Shown here one piece after another: positions 11,739-25,634 of a stretch of DNA of 64,000 bases; position 1 is the stretch's first letter; every line of letters starts with the position of its first letter. Source of the DNA: Octopus sinensis (lineage: Eukaryota); the NCBI RefSeq assembly GCF_006345805.1, contig NC_043023.1:19654001-19718000 (forward strand), read 5' to 3'. Below the pieces are notes generated by a model. The model saw only the letters and a list, made by a program, of their open reading frames with translations. It searched no databases and was not told the origin of the DNA. Position numbers and translations under genes: made by a program.

Positions 11739-14585
11739 ACAGCCACTCCTACATCTATATATATATAATATATACAAGGCTTCTTTCGTTCCGTCGACAA
11801 ATCCACTCACAAGGATTGGTCGGCCTGAGGCTATAGCAGAAGACACTTGCCAAGATGCCACGCAGTGGGACTGAACCCAGAACATGTGGTTGGTAAGCAA
11901 GCTACTTACCACACAAGCCACTCCTACATCTATATTATATACATATATACACACAGGCTTCTTTCAGTTTCCGTCGACCAAATCCACTCACAAGGCTTGG
12001 TCGGCCGAGGCTATAGCAGAAGACACTTGCCCAAGATGCCACGCAGTGGGACTGAACCCAGAACCATGTGGTTGGTAAGCAAGCTACTTACACACAGCCA
12101 CTCCTAGTGATATACGACGGGCTTCTTTCAGTTTCCGTCTAACAAATCCACTCACAAGGCTTTGGTCGGCCCGAGGCTATAGCAGAAGGACACTTGCCCA
12201 AGATGCCACGCAGTGGGACGAACCCGGAACATGTGGGTGGGAAAGCAAGCTACTTACCCACAAGCACTCCTACACCTATATATATACATATATACGACAG
12301 GCTTCTTTCAGTTTCCGTCGACCAAATCCACTCACAAGACTTTGGTCGGCCCCGCGGCTAAGCAGAAGACACTTGCCAAGATGCCACGCAGTGGGACTGA
12401 ACCCGGAACCATGTGGTTGGTAAGCAAGCTACTTACCACACAGCCACTCCTACACCTATATATATACATATATACGACAGGCTTCTTTCAGTTTCCGTCG
12501 ACCAAATCCACTCACAAGACTTTGGTCGGCCCGAGGCTATAGCAGAAGACACTTGCCCAAGATGCCATGCAGTGGGACTGAACCCAGAACCATGTGGTTG
12601 GTAAGCAAGCTACTTACCACACAGCCACTCCTACACCTATATATATACATATATACGACAGGCTTCTTTCAGTTTCCGTCGACCAAATCCACTCACAAGG
12701 CTTTGGTTGGCCCGAGGCTATAGCAGAAGACACTTGCCCAAGATGCCACGCAGTGGGACTGAACCCAGAACCATGTGGTTGGTAAGCAAGCTACTTACCA
12801 CACAGCCACTCCTATGTGTATATACGACGGGCTTCTTTCAGTTTCCGTCTACCAAATCCACTCACAAGGCTTTGGTCGGCCCGAGGCTATAGCAGAAGAC
12901 ACTTGCCCAAGATGCCACGCAGTGGGACTGAACCCGGAACCATGTGGTTGGTAAGCAAGCTACTTACCACACAGCCACTCCTACACCTATATATATAATA
13001 TATACGACAGGCTTCTTTCAGTTTCCGTCGACAAATCCACTCACAAGGCTTTGTGGCGGCCCGAGGCTATAGCAGAAGACACTTGCCCAAGATGCCACGC
13101 AGTGGGACTGAACCCAGAACCATGTGGTTGGTAAGCAAGCTACTTACCACACAGCCACTCCTATGTGTATATACGACGGGCTTCTTTCAGTTTCCGTCTA
13201 CCAAATCCACTCACAAGGCTTTGGTCGGCCCGAGGCTATAGCAGAAGACACTTGCCCAAGATGCCACGCAGTGGGACTGAACCCGGAACCATGGGTTGGT
13301 AAGCAAGCTACTTACCACACAGCCACTCCTACACCTATATATATACATATATAACAGGCTTCTTCAGTTCCGTCTTAGACAAATCCACTCACAAGACTTT
13401 GGTCGGCCCAAGGCTATAGCAGAAGACACTTGCCCAAGATGCCACGCAGTGGGACTGAACCCAGAACCATGTGGTGGTAAGCAAGCTACTTACCTCACAG
13501 CCACTCCTATACCTATATATATACATATATACGACAGGCTTCTTTCAGTTTCCGTCGACCAATCCACTCACAAGGCTTTGGTTGGCCCGAGGCTATAGCA
13601 GAAGACACTTGGCCAAGATGCCATGCAGTGGGACTGAACCCAGAACCATGTGGTTGGTAAGCAAGCTACTTACCACACAGCCACTCCTACACCTATATAT
13701 ATACATATATACGACAGGCTTCTTTCAGTTTCTGTCGACCAAATCCACTCACAAGGCTTTGGTTGGCCCGAGGCTATAGCAGAAGACACTTGCCCAAGAT
13801 GCCACGCAGTGGGACTGAACCCGGAACCATGTGGTTGGTAAGCAAGCTACTTACCACACAGCCACTCCTATGTGTATATACGACGGGCTTCTTTCAGTTT
13901 CCGTCTACCAAATCCACTCACAAGGCTTTGGTCGGCCCGAGGCTATAGCAGAAGACACTTGCCCAAGATGCCACGCAGTGGGACTGAACCCGGAACCATG
14001 TGGTTGGTAAGCAAGCTACTTACCACACAGCCACTCCTACACCTATATATATACATATATACGACAGGCTTCTTTCAGTTTCCGTCGACCAAATCCACTC
14101 ACAAGACTTTGGTCGGCCCAAGGCTATAGCAGAAGACACTTGCCCAAGATGCCATGCAGTGTGACTGAACCCAGAACCATGTGGTGGTAAGCAAGCTACT
14201 TACCACACAGCCACTCCTACACCTATATATACATATATACGACAGGCTTCTTTCAGTTTCCGTCTACCAAATCCACTCACAAGGCTTTGGTCGGCCCGAG
14301 GCTATAGCAGAAGACACTTGCCCAAGATGCCACGCAGTGGGACTGAACCCGGAACCATGTGGTTGGTAAGCAAGCTACTTACCACACAGCCACTCCTACA
14401 CCTATATATATACATATATACGACAGGCTTCTTTCAGTTTCCGTCGACCAAATCCACTCACAAGACTTTGGTCGGCCCGAGGCTATAGCAGAAGACACTT
14501 GCCCAAGATGCCATGCAGTGGGACTGAACCCAGAACCATGTGGTTGGTAAGCAAGCTACTTACCACACAGCCACTCCTGCGCCTG
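11739..14585 (-). repeat. Tandem array of 16 SINE-A heads (~181-bp and ~169-bp units)
   Basis: The CTTGCCCAAGATGCC marker recurs 16 times; the array begins at the assembly gap. Confidence 0.92.
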
Positions 14586-14739
14586 GGAACAATTACCAAA
14601 AAAGAAAAGACAAACAAATTGAACGAAAACAAAACGGGAAAAGCAAACGACAGACGCTAAAAAAACAGAATTTAGATAACTGGGAAATGTCAACGAGTGA
14701 ATCGGTTTGTAGTGGTCTTACATAACATATACACACGTG

Positions 14740-14752
14740 TGTGTATATATAC

Positions 14753-14788
<36 letters not shown>

Positions 14789-16040
14789 GCATAAATACAC
14801 ACTTAAATTCATATTTCACTCTCTCTCTCTCTCTCGTTTTCTCTTTCTCTATCCCTCTGTCTCACTTTTTCTCTTTTTGCCTGTCTGTCTATCTGTCTCT
14901 CTCACTCTTTCTCTGTTCCTCTCTTTCTCTCTCTTTCTCTCTCTTCATATCTGTCTATCTACATGTCTCTCTCTGTCGGTCTATCCCTCTCTCTCTCTCT
15001 CTCTCTCTATCTATTTATCTATCTATCTTTCTATCTCTGCCTCCGTCTCTCTCTCTCGCTCTCTTTCTGTCTATCTACCTCTGTCTGACTATTTATCGGT
15101 CTCTCTCTCTCTCTCCCCCTCTCTCTCTCTTTCGTTTCCCTATTCCACTTTTTCTTTCTCTCTGTCTCTCTCTCTGCCTGTCTCTTTCCCCCCTCTCTCT
15201 CTCGCTCTCTTTCTGTCTATCTACCTCTGTCTGACTATTTATCGGTCTCTCTCTCTCTCTCCCCCTCTCTCTCTCTTTCTGTTTCCCTATTCCACTTTTT
15301 CTTTCTCTCTGTCTCTCTCTCTGCCTGTCTCTTTCCCCCCTCTCTCTCTCGCTCTCTTTCTGTCTATCTATCTTTCTATCTCTGCCGCCGTCTCTCTCTC
15401 TCGCTCTCTTTCTGTCTATCTACCTCTGTCTGACTATTTATCGGTCTCTCTCTCTCTCTCTCCCCCTCTCTCTCTTTCTGTTTCCCTATTCCACTTTTTC
15501 TTTCTCTCTGTCTCTCTCTCTGCCTGTCTCTTTCCCCCTCTCTCTCTCGCTCTCTTTCTGTCTATCTACCTCTGTCTGACTATTTATCGGTCTCTCTCTC
15601 TCTCTCCCCCTCTCTCTCTCTCTCTCTCTCTCTTTCTGTTTCCCTATTCCACTTTTTCTTTCTCTCTGTCTCTCTCTCTCTGCCTGTCTCTTTCCCCCCT
15701 CTCTCTCTCGCTCTCTTTCTGTCTATCTATCTTTCTATCTCTGCCTCCGTCTCTCTCTCTCGCTCTCTTTCTGTCTATCTACCTCTGTCTGACTATTTAT
15801 CGGTCTCTCTCTCTCTCTCCCCCCCTCTCTCTCTCTTCTGTTTCCCTATTCCACTTTTTCTTTCCCTCTGTCTCTCTCTATCTGCCTGTCTCTTCCCCCT
15901 CTCTCTCTCTTTTTGTTTCCCTATTCCACTTTTTCTTTCCCCCTGTCTCTCTCTATCTGCCTGTCTCTTTCCCTCTCTCTCTCTCTCTCTCCCCCCCTAT
16001 TTCTTTTTCTTTCTCTCTCTCGTATCTCTCTCCCCCATCC
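14740..16040. repeat. (TA)n followed by a ~1.2-kb CT-rich compound repeat
   Basis: Direct inspection. Confidence 0.95.
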
Positions 16041-16376
16041 CCTCTCTGTCACACAGGACGTCTATTCTTGCCCGTTCTCCAAATATACGCTGTCATAACA
16101 AAAACTGTATCAGACGAAAACACTTCTGCGGCGAATTAAAATACACTAGATTTGTCACAAACACACAAACACACACAGACACACACACACACACACAGTT
16201 GTTGTAGTTTAGAAATTTTGGCTTTTAGTTGCAACTGGGGCAAGCGTCGTCTTTGAGAAAACCTGGGACAACTAACACTTTGCGAGAGAAACAGCTTGGC
16301 GGAAACTGAGAGAAGCCCGACGGCCTCTGACGTCCTTCAACTCTCTTGAGAGTTTCTCACCACTATGTGTATATAT

Positions 16377-16421
<45 letters not shown>

Positions 16422-16485
16422 GAGCAAAACGACCCCCCCCCATCCAATGAACGGTGCTGAGTTGTCAGACTTTTAGTCCAAATTT

Positions 16486-16905
16486 GGATCTTTCCGCTTT
16501 GACCGGCAGTTTTTTAAAATAATTTCTAGTTAACTAAACACTTTTAAACTTCGTATACTGGTAGAATGTGTTTATAAAACATCTTTTTCTCTTGGCTTTC
16601 TTGAGAAAATTCTATAGGTTGTGAGATATTTGTTGTTTTTTTCCTTCAATTTCTGCAATTTCAACCAATCACTGACGTCTATTGAGGTAAAAAAACATTG
16701 TGCCGTATGAATACGTCCCTCGTTTAAGAAACAGATTGGCTTTATTTACATTTCTGAAGAAAAAAAATATACCCTTCCCCCCACCCCTAACCCTAAATCT
16801 TAAATAAATTGAAATGCAATAGATCGATACTAGGGTCATAATTATGGGTGACAATTGCAGATGACACCGCTAGAAAAAAAACTGCCGTTCAAACCGAAAA
16901 GATCC
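16486..16905 (+). mobile_element. Same MITE with perfect 8-bp TSD
   Basis: CCAAATTT at 16478-16485 and 16906-16913. Confidence 0.9.
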
Positions 16906-17439
16906 CCAAATTTTCTCAAAACAACTTGTCCGACCGTCCCATAGGCCTCCCCTTTGAGAAACACTGATTTAACCTAAATTTGAGACACCAGCAAAAGAAG
17001 AAATAAAGATAGACTTTTTTTCTATTCCAAAGAAAAACGATTTTATTCACACAAATATGCAACTGAAGAGTTTAAAGTACCAGTAATGATAAGGCTGTCG
17101 ACTGGGAGAACACAAACATGGTTTAAACTGTAAGCTTAGCAGGAAAGAAACGTGCCTTTAAGCAGTACAAAAAATAGAAGGTGCAGTTATGTACAGGTTG
17201 ACGGGGGGAAAAGCAGGACAAAAACGGCTTTATCGATCGCATTCTCACCTGGAATCGATTTTTGTAATTTTTTCAAAATTTATACATGCCCTGATACCGT
17301 CGGTATCTACATATCAAATTTGAGTGCAATTGGATGGAGGATGCCTGAGATCTGAGAAGGCACACAGACAGACAGACAGAGCGGATTTTATATAAGAGAT
17401 TATAGGCGCAGGCGTGGCTGTGTGGTAAGTATCTGGTCA

Positions 17440-17720
17440 GGAGCTTGCTAGGCCAAGAGCTGGCTAAGCCAAGAGCTGGCTAAGCCAGGAGCTGGCCAGG
17501 CCAAGAGCTGGCCAGGCCAGGAGCTGGCCAGGCCAGGAGCTGGCTAAGCCAGGAGCTGGCCAGGCCAAGAGCTGGCTAGGCCAAGAGCTGGCCAGGCCAG
17601 GAGCTGGGCAGGCCAGGAGCTGGCTAAGCCAGGAGCTGGCTAGGCCAAGAGCTGGCTAGACCAGGAGCTGGCTAGGTCAAGAGCTGACCAAGCCAGGAGC
17701 TGGCTGGGCCTGGAGCTGCA
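17440..17720. repeat. 15-bp minisatellite GAGCTGGCCAGGCCA, ~18 copies
   Basis: Direct inspection; lies between a truncated SINE-A head and a family D fragment. Confidence 0.9.
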
Positions 17721-18239
17721 CCAGGCTGCACTGTCTGTTTTGGCAGTGTTTTTTTTTATGGCTGAATACCCTTCCTAACACCAACCACCCTGCAGAGTGG
17801 GCTAAATGCAGGTGAGGTCAGTTTTGGCAGAGTTTTTACAGCTAGATCCCCTTCATAGCATCAACCATGCCACAGAGTGGAATGGGTGCTTTTTACGTGG
17901 CACCAGCACAAGTGAGGTCAGTTTTAGCTTGGTTTTTAAAGCTGGATAGCATTCCAAACGCCAACCACTTTACAACGTGGAAAGGATGCTTTTTATGTGG
18001 CACCAGCACTGGTAGGGTCACCAGAAACTTTGCAAGACCAGAGCTGTTTGGAGGAGGTGACCTAGCGTCAGATGATGAAAGGTTATAGTGAGACAGGGAG
18101 ACAGAAATAGGTGTCTTGCTGTAGAGGGGGTACATGGTTACCCAGTCAGAGGGAAAGAAAAGGAAAGAGAATTAACTAGAAAGTGAACAGAAAACAGGTG
18201 TGTTGTTGTAAAGGAAATGCATGGTTACCTTGCCAGACG

Positions 18240-19050
18240 AAAGAGACAGACAGACAGATAGAGAGAGATAGAGAGAAAGAAAAAGTGGAATAGGGAAAGA
18301 GAGAGGGGGGAGAGAGAGAGAGAGACGGGGGCAGAGATAGAAAGATAGATGGATGGATAGATAGATAGATAGATGGATGGATGGATAGATAGAAAGATAG
18401 ACGGATGGATAGATAGATAGATAGATGGATAGAAAGATGGATAGATAGACAGATCGATAGATGAATGGATGGATGGATGGATAAATAGATGGATGGATAG
18501 ATAGAAAGATAGATGGATGGATAGATAGATAGATGGATGGATAGAAAGATGGATAGATAGATAGATGAATGGATGGATGGATGGATAGATAGAAAGATAG
18601 ATGGATGGATAGATAGATAGATAGATAGATAGATGGTTGGATAGATAGATGGACGGAAGGACGGACGGACGGATAGATAGATGGATAGAAAGATGGATAG
18701 ATAGATTTATAGATAGACAGATAGATAGATGAATGGATGGATGGATGGATAAATAGATGGATGGATAGATAGAAAGATGGATGGATAGATAGATAGATAG
18801 ATGGATGGATGGATGGATGGATAGATAGAAAGATGGATGGATGGATAGATAGAAAGATGGATGGATAGATAGATAGATGGATGGATGGATGGATGGATAG
18901 ATAGAAAGATGGATGGATAGATAGATAGATGGATGGATGGATAGATAGAAAGATGGATGGATGGATAGATAGATGGATGGATAGATAGAAAGATGGATGG
19001 ATGGATAGATAGAAAGATGGATGGATGGATAGATAGATAGATAGATAGAT

Positions 19051-19099
<49 letters not shown>

Positions 19100-19138
19100 C
19101 ATACAGATAGAGAATGTAGATAGACAGATACGGAGATG

Positions 19139-19169
<31 letters not shown>

Positions 19170-19220
19170 GCAAGAAGAGAAAGAGTGAGATAAAGGGATT
19201 GAGAAGGAGGAGAGAGAGAG
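18240..19220. repeat. (GATA)n/(GGAT)n compound microsatellite, ~1 kb
   Basis: Direct inspection. Confidence 0.95.
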
Positions 19221-19734
19221 AGACCCAAAATAACCTACATCTGTAGCTGGTTTTTCTAAGACAATGTATTTGTATGTACAACATTTTCCCATGTAGAAAA
19301 ACAAGTTGAAATGAATGGGTGACTTTATTTTTTAAGAGGTTCCAAACTTGTGATGGAATCTGTGTCTCTAATTGTGTTCACCTCATTAATTGTCAACAAA
19401 GATATTACTTATAAAGACACTAATTACGTAGAGCTTAATGAGAGAGACAAATTTTCTTGTTCTTTCTCTGCTTTTTTCCCCCCACCCTGCTTAATCCTCT
19501 CTGATCGAGAGCACAGGCTTGAAACATCAAAACTTTTCCCAGGTGTTAAACTAACACACCTGCTTGTTGTTCCTTCACCTGTCTTCACCTTTTGTTTTCT
19601 GTAAATTTCAACTTACACACACACACACATACACACACACATTCATTGCTATTATGTTGAACTGTTGTATGCCCAAATTTGGTCAAACATGTTTTTTTTT
19701 TTCAATATTCATTTTTGATTTCAATACTCTTCTA

Positions 19735-20138
19735 CTCTTTTACTTGTTTCAGTCTTTTGACTGCGGCCATGCTGGAGCACCGCCTTTAATCGAGCAACTC
19801 GACCCCGGGACTTATTCTTTTGTAAGCCCAGTACTTATTCTATCGGTCTCTTTTGCCGAACCGCTAAGTGACGGGGACATAAACACACCAGCATCGGTTG
19901 TCAAGCAATGCTAGGGGGACAAACACACACACACAAACACACACACACATACATATATATATATACATATATACGACAGGCTTTTTTCAGTTTCCGTCTA
20001 CCAAATCCACTCACAAGGCATTGGTCGGCCCGGGGCTATAGCAGAAGACACTTGCCCAAGATGCCACGCAGTGGGACTGAACCCGGAACCATGTGGTTGG
20101 TAGACAAGCTACTTACCACACAGCCACTCCTGCGCCTA
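19735..20138 (-). mobile_element. SINE-A full copy (other copies or fragments at ~10775-10980, 21783-22950, 38140-38535, 39445-39660, 44355-45090, 47970-48602, 50465-50872, 51868-52030, 61590-61770)
   Basis: Same head, body and tail sequence as 26020-26610. Confidence 0.85.
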
Positions 20139-20143
20139 TATAT

Positions 20144-20189
<46 letters not shown>

Positions 20190-20197
20190 ATATATAT

Positions 20198-20324
<127 letters not shown>

Positions 20325-20656
20325 AACACATACGTATACACACACACATGTACGCATACGCACACATACACTCACACACGTATACACAAAGAAGCACACA
20401 CACACCCCCATCCCCCAAACACAGTCACATGGTTACTTCCCCCGCACCGCCGTCACCCTCATCACAATGTTTACATCTTTAACCACTTACGTAATATCGA
20501 GGACACCCGACTCTCCACCCTTATCTCAGTCTGCGTGTGTTAATGTGTGAAGTGTGTGTGAGACTGTGTGACTGAACTCAGAGCCATGTGGTTGGGAAGC
20601 AAGCTACTTACCACACAGCAACTCCTGTGCCTTGATATTAATGTTATATATATATA

Positions 20657-21170
20657 CTAGCAGTATCGCCCGGCGTTGCTCGGGTTTGTAAGGGAAATAA
20701 CTATATAAGCATTTTTAGAGAGTTACTTCCCTTATAGATACCAATTCGGGCTTTCTTAGCCATTTCTGTTTTGGTGTCTTCAAGCCATGAAGTCGTTGTT
20801 CTAAAAGAACGCTGGTCTCCTTGACAACGCTTTACGACGTTGATTTCCTTACACTCCCTTCCCCACAGCTTCACGAGGGAGGGAAGAAGGGGGAGAAGCA
20901 AAAGGTGCAGCTGTGAGCGTGGACGCCAACTCCGCCGCCATCGACATACGATGCATTTTATGCATTAAAATGGAATAAAAATTGATGTTAAATTATTTTT
21001 AAAATCGTAGACTCATCGTAGACGCGCGCTAATACCCAGACGGGCTCGATATGAATCACGACTATAAGATACCCGAATTTCGTTAAACTGCACCGCAAAA
21101 TGTGGGAGGAGTTAGGAATCTAAATCGAAGGGGACAGACACTCACACAACTAGAGTTTTATATATATAGA
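20657..21170 (-). mobile_element. Non-autonomous Helitron, family H1
   Basis: Reverse-complement copy of 71-577 with the same TC/CTAG termini and hairpin. Confidence 0.85.
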
Positions 21171-21596
21171 TATGTATATGTGTGTGTGTGTGTTGTTTGA
21201 CAACCGGTATTGGTTTGTTTATGTCCCCATAACTTAACGGTTCGGCAAAAAGACACAAATACTGGGATTAATTGTGAATGTGTATGCGAGTGAATGTGCG
21301 TGTGTGTGTGTGTGCGTGTATATGTGTGTGTGCTTTTGTGTGTGTATGTGTGTGTGTGTGTGTGTCATTTCAATCATTAGACTGCGGCCATGCTGGGGCA
21401 CCAACTGGAGGGATTTTAGTGGAATAAATCAAACCCCATACTTATTTTGTTAAACCTAGTACTTTTTGTATCAGTGTCTGTTGCCGATCTGCTAAGTCAC
21501 GAAACGTAAACCCACCAACACTGGTTTTCAAATGGAGGTGACGAGGGACAAACAGGTACACACACACATACGTAAATGTGTCCATATATACATATA

Positions 21597-21660
<64 letters not shown>

Positions 21661-21681
21661 GTGGTTGTGTGTGTGTGTATG

Positions 21682-21713
<32 letters not shown>

Positions 21714-21970
21714 ATATATGTGGTTGTGTGTGTGTGTATGTATATATAATATATATATATGGTTGTGTGTGTGCGCGTATATACTCTTTACTCTTTTACT
21801 TGTTTCAGTCATTTGACTGCGGCCATGCTGGAGCACCGCCTTTAATCGAGCAACTCGACCCCGGGACTTATTCTATAGGTCTCTTTTGCCGAACCGCTAA
21901 GTGACGGGGACGTAAACACACCAGCATTGGTTGTTAAGCAATGCTAAGGGGGACAAACACAGACACACAA

Positions 21971-22001
<31 letters not shown>

Positions 22002-22786
22002 CTAGCAGCATAACCCGGCGTTGCCCGGGTATGTAAGAGCCCCTAGTAGGCAACGACTAATCCCAATCTAGTCCTTTCCCTCTAGGGAACGAAGGCGCAT
22101 GTGTAGGTTGCAATGTCTTCTCTTCACTCGAATACTTCTGTGTATACGAATGTTCCTAGCTGTCCCTTTGGGCGATAAAAAGGTCGAGTTGCGTCCCCTA
22201 GACAGTCTGTGGTTTGTGTTTAATACACAAATCGGTTTGCTATGTGTGCCACATATGATTTAATTAACCGATTTTTTCCAGTAATAAAGTATCCTATTGG
22301 AATAAAAAGGGCCATATAGCTCCTTGGAGCAGACATGATGCTCGCTGTGAATTTCAAAAAAAAATTCCTGCCAATTTGTGAAAGATATTGTCGAAAATAT
22401 GTCATCTTGAATTTGAACGCGATTTCCCAAAATGGCATGATTTTATCGATTTTTTCTGATGGTAAGGTATTGCATGGAAAACTAACGTCAGAATTAAGTT
22501 TCTTAGGGTAACATTAAGCTTCACCATGAGTTTGGTGAAAATCGATTGCAAGTTGCGAAAACTACAACAGAAAATGTGTTGCATATGATAAGCTTAGATT
22601 CTCGACCCCATGTCGAATTTATCTATTTTTTCAGAACTGGGGGAACTTTTCAAAATTTTCGCTGCGTTAGTTTTGAATTATGACATTGGGCTATGTGTGT
22701 GTCAAGTTTCATCAGAATCGGTTGAAAGCCGTGGTCAGGGTGAGGGTACAACCTGACAGACAAACTGCCGTTTATATAGAGAGAGA
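22002..22786 (-). mobile_element. Non-autonomous Helitron, second family (H2), inserted in a SINE
   Basis: ACCCGG-CGTTGC-CCGGGT hairpin next to the CTAG end, TC start at 22786; splits a SINE-A copy at its (TA)n. Confidence 0.75.
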
Positions 22787-22952
22787 TATACGACAGGCTT
22801 CTTTCAGTTTCCGTCTACCAAATCCACTCACAAGGCATTGGTCGGCCCGGGGCTATAGCAGAAGACACTTGCCCAAGGTGCCACGCAGTGGGACTGAACC
22901 CGGAACCATGTGGTTGGTTAGCAAGCTACTTACCACACAGCCATCCTGCGCC

Positions 22953-23041
<89 letters not shown>

Positions 23042-24457
23042 TATATTATATATACACACACACATACGATGGGCTTCTTTCAGTTTCCATCTACGAAATC
23101 CACTCACAAGGCTTTGGTTGGCCCGAGGCTATATTTAAAGACATTTGACTAAGGTGCCACGCAGTGGGACTGAACCCGGAACCATGTGGTTGGGAAGCAC
23201 GCTTAACGACCTCACTTTAGATATGTCTATTAAAATAATTATTTAATACACTTAAGGCATAGTGTATCTTGGACTACATTATCTAATGTATCTTGCTGTT
23301 AGATAAAATAACCTTCCGCGTGATTCGAGAACGATTTAGCTGCTATTTCTAGCAGATCGAACTACAACCTAGATGTTGCCGATCTAGGAGACAAAACCTA
23401 TCATCAAAAGCATTCCAGCCGTGACCATCCCGTCTTGTATACCTTGGCCACCATTATCCATTTTTTAAAGTCATTAAAACGTAATTTGTAGTATTTTGGC
23501 TGCTATTTTTAGCATGTCCATTCTCCATTGTGTAAATAACTTGTTTTGGCTGTCACAGTTTCTGCCCTCGATGCTCTCTCTCTCTCTCTATCAATATCTT
23601 CCTTTTTCTTTCTCTCTCTCTATCAATATCTCCCTGTTTCTTTCTCTCTCTCTCGCTTTCTCACTCTCTATCGTTAGATCTCTCTGTCTTTCTTTCTCTC
23701 TCTATCACTACATCTCTCTGTCTTCTCTCTCTCTCTCTCTCCAATCAACCCTCGTGACTTGTTAACCAACCACGTGACTCACCTACATTAAACTCCGCCC
23801 TCTCCTTCACCCACCACTCCTAATATATCGTCTGCATCCCTCCTCCTCCTCCTTTCCCATCTTTAATATTTTACTTCCTGCTCCCTCTCCCCCTCTCTCA
23901 ATCTCTTCCTCTTTTTCTTCTCTCTCTCTCGCTTTCAATTTCATCCTCTCTTTTTCTCTCTCTCAATCTTTTTCCTTTTTCCCTCTCTCATTCAATTTCC
24001 TTCTCTCTTTTTCTGTCTGTCTGTCTCTCTCTCTTTCTCTTCATTTCTTTTTCTCTCCGTTTCTTTCTCTCAATTTCTCCCGTTCTGTTTTTCCTTATCC
24101 TTTCTTTCTCACTCTCTTTCTGTCCCCCTCTATTTTCCTCTTCCTACTACCTCCCCCTGTCTTGATCTCTGTCTTCCACCCTATCCTTACCACTCCCCAT
24201 TTTTCTCTCTCACTCTCTTCTCTCTTTCTTTCTCTCTTTCGTACCTATTACCTTCCTTCTCTCATTTTCTCTTTCCTCTTCCCATATTTCTTTCTCTCTC
24301 TTTTCACTCCGTTCTATTCCTCCTCTTCCTTCTATTTCTGTCTCTCTCTCTCTCTCTCTCTCTCATTATCTCTGTCTTTCACTCTATATTTACCATCCTC
24401 CTCTTTCTCTTTTTGTCTGTCTTCCTCGACTTTTCTTCTTCCCTTTCTTTTCTCCAA

Positions 24458-24495
<38 letters not shown>

Positions 24496-25034
24496 TACCT
24501 TCCCTCCCCTATTTCCGTTTTTCGAATTTACCATCGACAGCAAAATGCTATTCACCCCTCTTAACAAATCGGCCGTCCCGTTTCGGGAACTCAGCGCTGG
24601 TGTCCACCCTGCTAGAAATAGCAGCCAAATCTCCCTTAAACCATACTCTACTGTTTTAAGAAAGCGAAGGATACAACGACTGGAACGTCTTTGATCATTG
24701 GTGTGCCTGGACCACCACTGACCTGGGGCTAAACAACAACGGGATCTTTTCGGTTTGACCGGCAGTTTTTTTAACATAATTTCCACGTAACTAAACACTT
24801 TTAAACTTCGTATTCTGGTAGAATGTGTTTATAAAACATCTTTTTCTCTTGGCTTTATTGAGAAAATTCTGTAGTTTGTAAGCTATTTCTTGTTTAATTT
24901 CTTGCATTTCGGCAATTTCAACCAATCAATGACGTCTATTGAGGTGAATATAATTTCTGCTGTAACATTTTCAGGTCGGCAAAAGTGACCGATAGAATAA
25001 GTACTAGGCTTAAGAAATAAGTCCTGGTGTCAAG

Positions 25035-25596
25035 GTGGTGACCGGCAGTTTTTTCTAGCGGTGTCATATGAACTTGTCACCCATAATTATGACACTAGTA
25101 TCGATCTATTGCATTTCAATCTGTTTTAGGGTTAGGGGTGGGGGAAGGGTATCTTTTCTTCTTCACAAATGTAAATAAACCCAATCTGTTTCTTAACCGA
25201 GGGACATAATCATATGGCACAGAATGTTTTTTTTCTACCTCAATAGACGTCATTGATTGGTTGAAATTGCAGAAATTGAAGGAAAAAAACAACAAATATC
25301 TTACAAACTATAGAATTTTCTCAATAAAGCCAAGAGAAAAAGATGTTTTATAAACACATTCTACCAGTATACGAAGTTTAAAAGTGTTTAGTTACTCTTT
25401 TTACTCTTTTACTTGTTTCAGTCGTTTGACTGCGGCCATGCTGGAGCACCGCCTTTAGTCGAGCAAATCGACCCCGGGACTTATTCTTTGTAAGCCCAGT
25501 ACTTATTCTATCGGTCTCTTTTTGCCGAACCGCTAAGTGACGGGGACGTAAACACACCAGCATCGGTTGTCAAGCAATGCTAGGGTGACAAACACA

Positions 25597-25634
<38 letters not shown>

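Noticed and set aside
11739-14585. CRISPR-like or tRNA gene cluster
   Set aside because: The units are near-identical throughout with no unique spacers, no cas genes are present, and the context is eukaryotic. The tRNA-like heads continue into SINE body sequence and no full cloverleaf was evident.
14697-19304. Long SL-, YI-, SIHP-rich ORFs here and similar VC-, HT-, MMM- and III-rich ORFs elsewhere
   Set aside because: These are translations of microsatellites at 7660-8730, 14740-16040, 18240-19220, 49000-50220, 53400-54870 and 62392-63058.
23750-23810. CCAAT, CACGTG and CCGCCC motifs as the TMEM86A promoter
   Set aside because: These are short motifs with no locatable first exon or other support.
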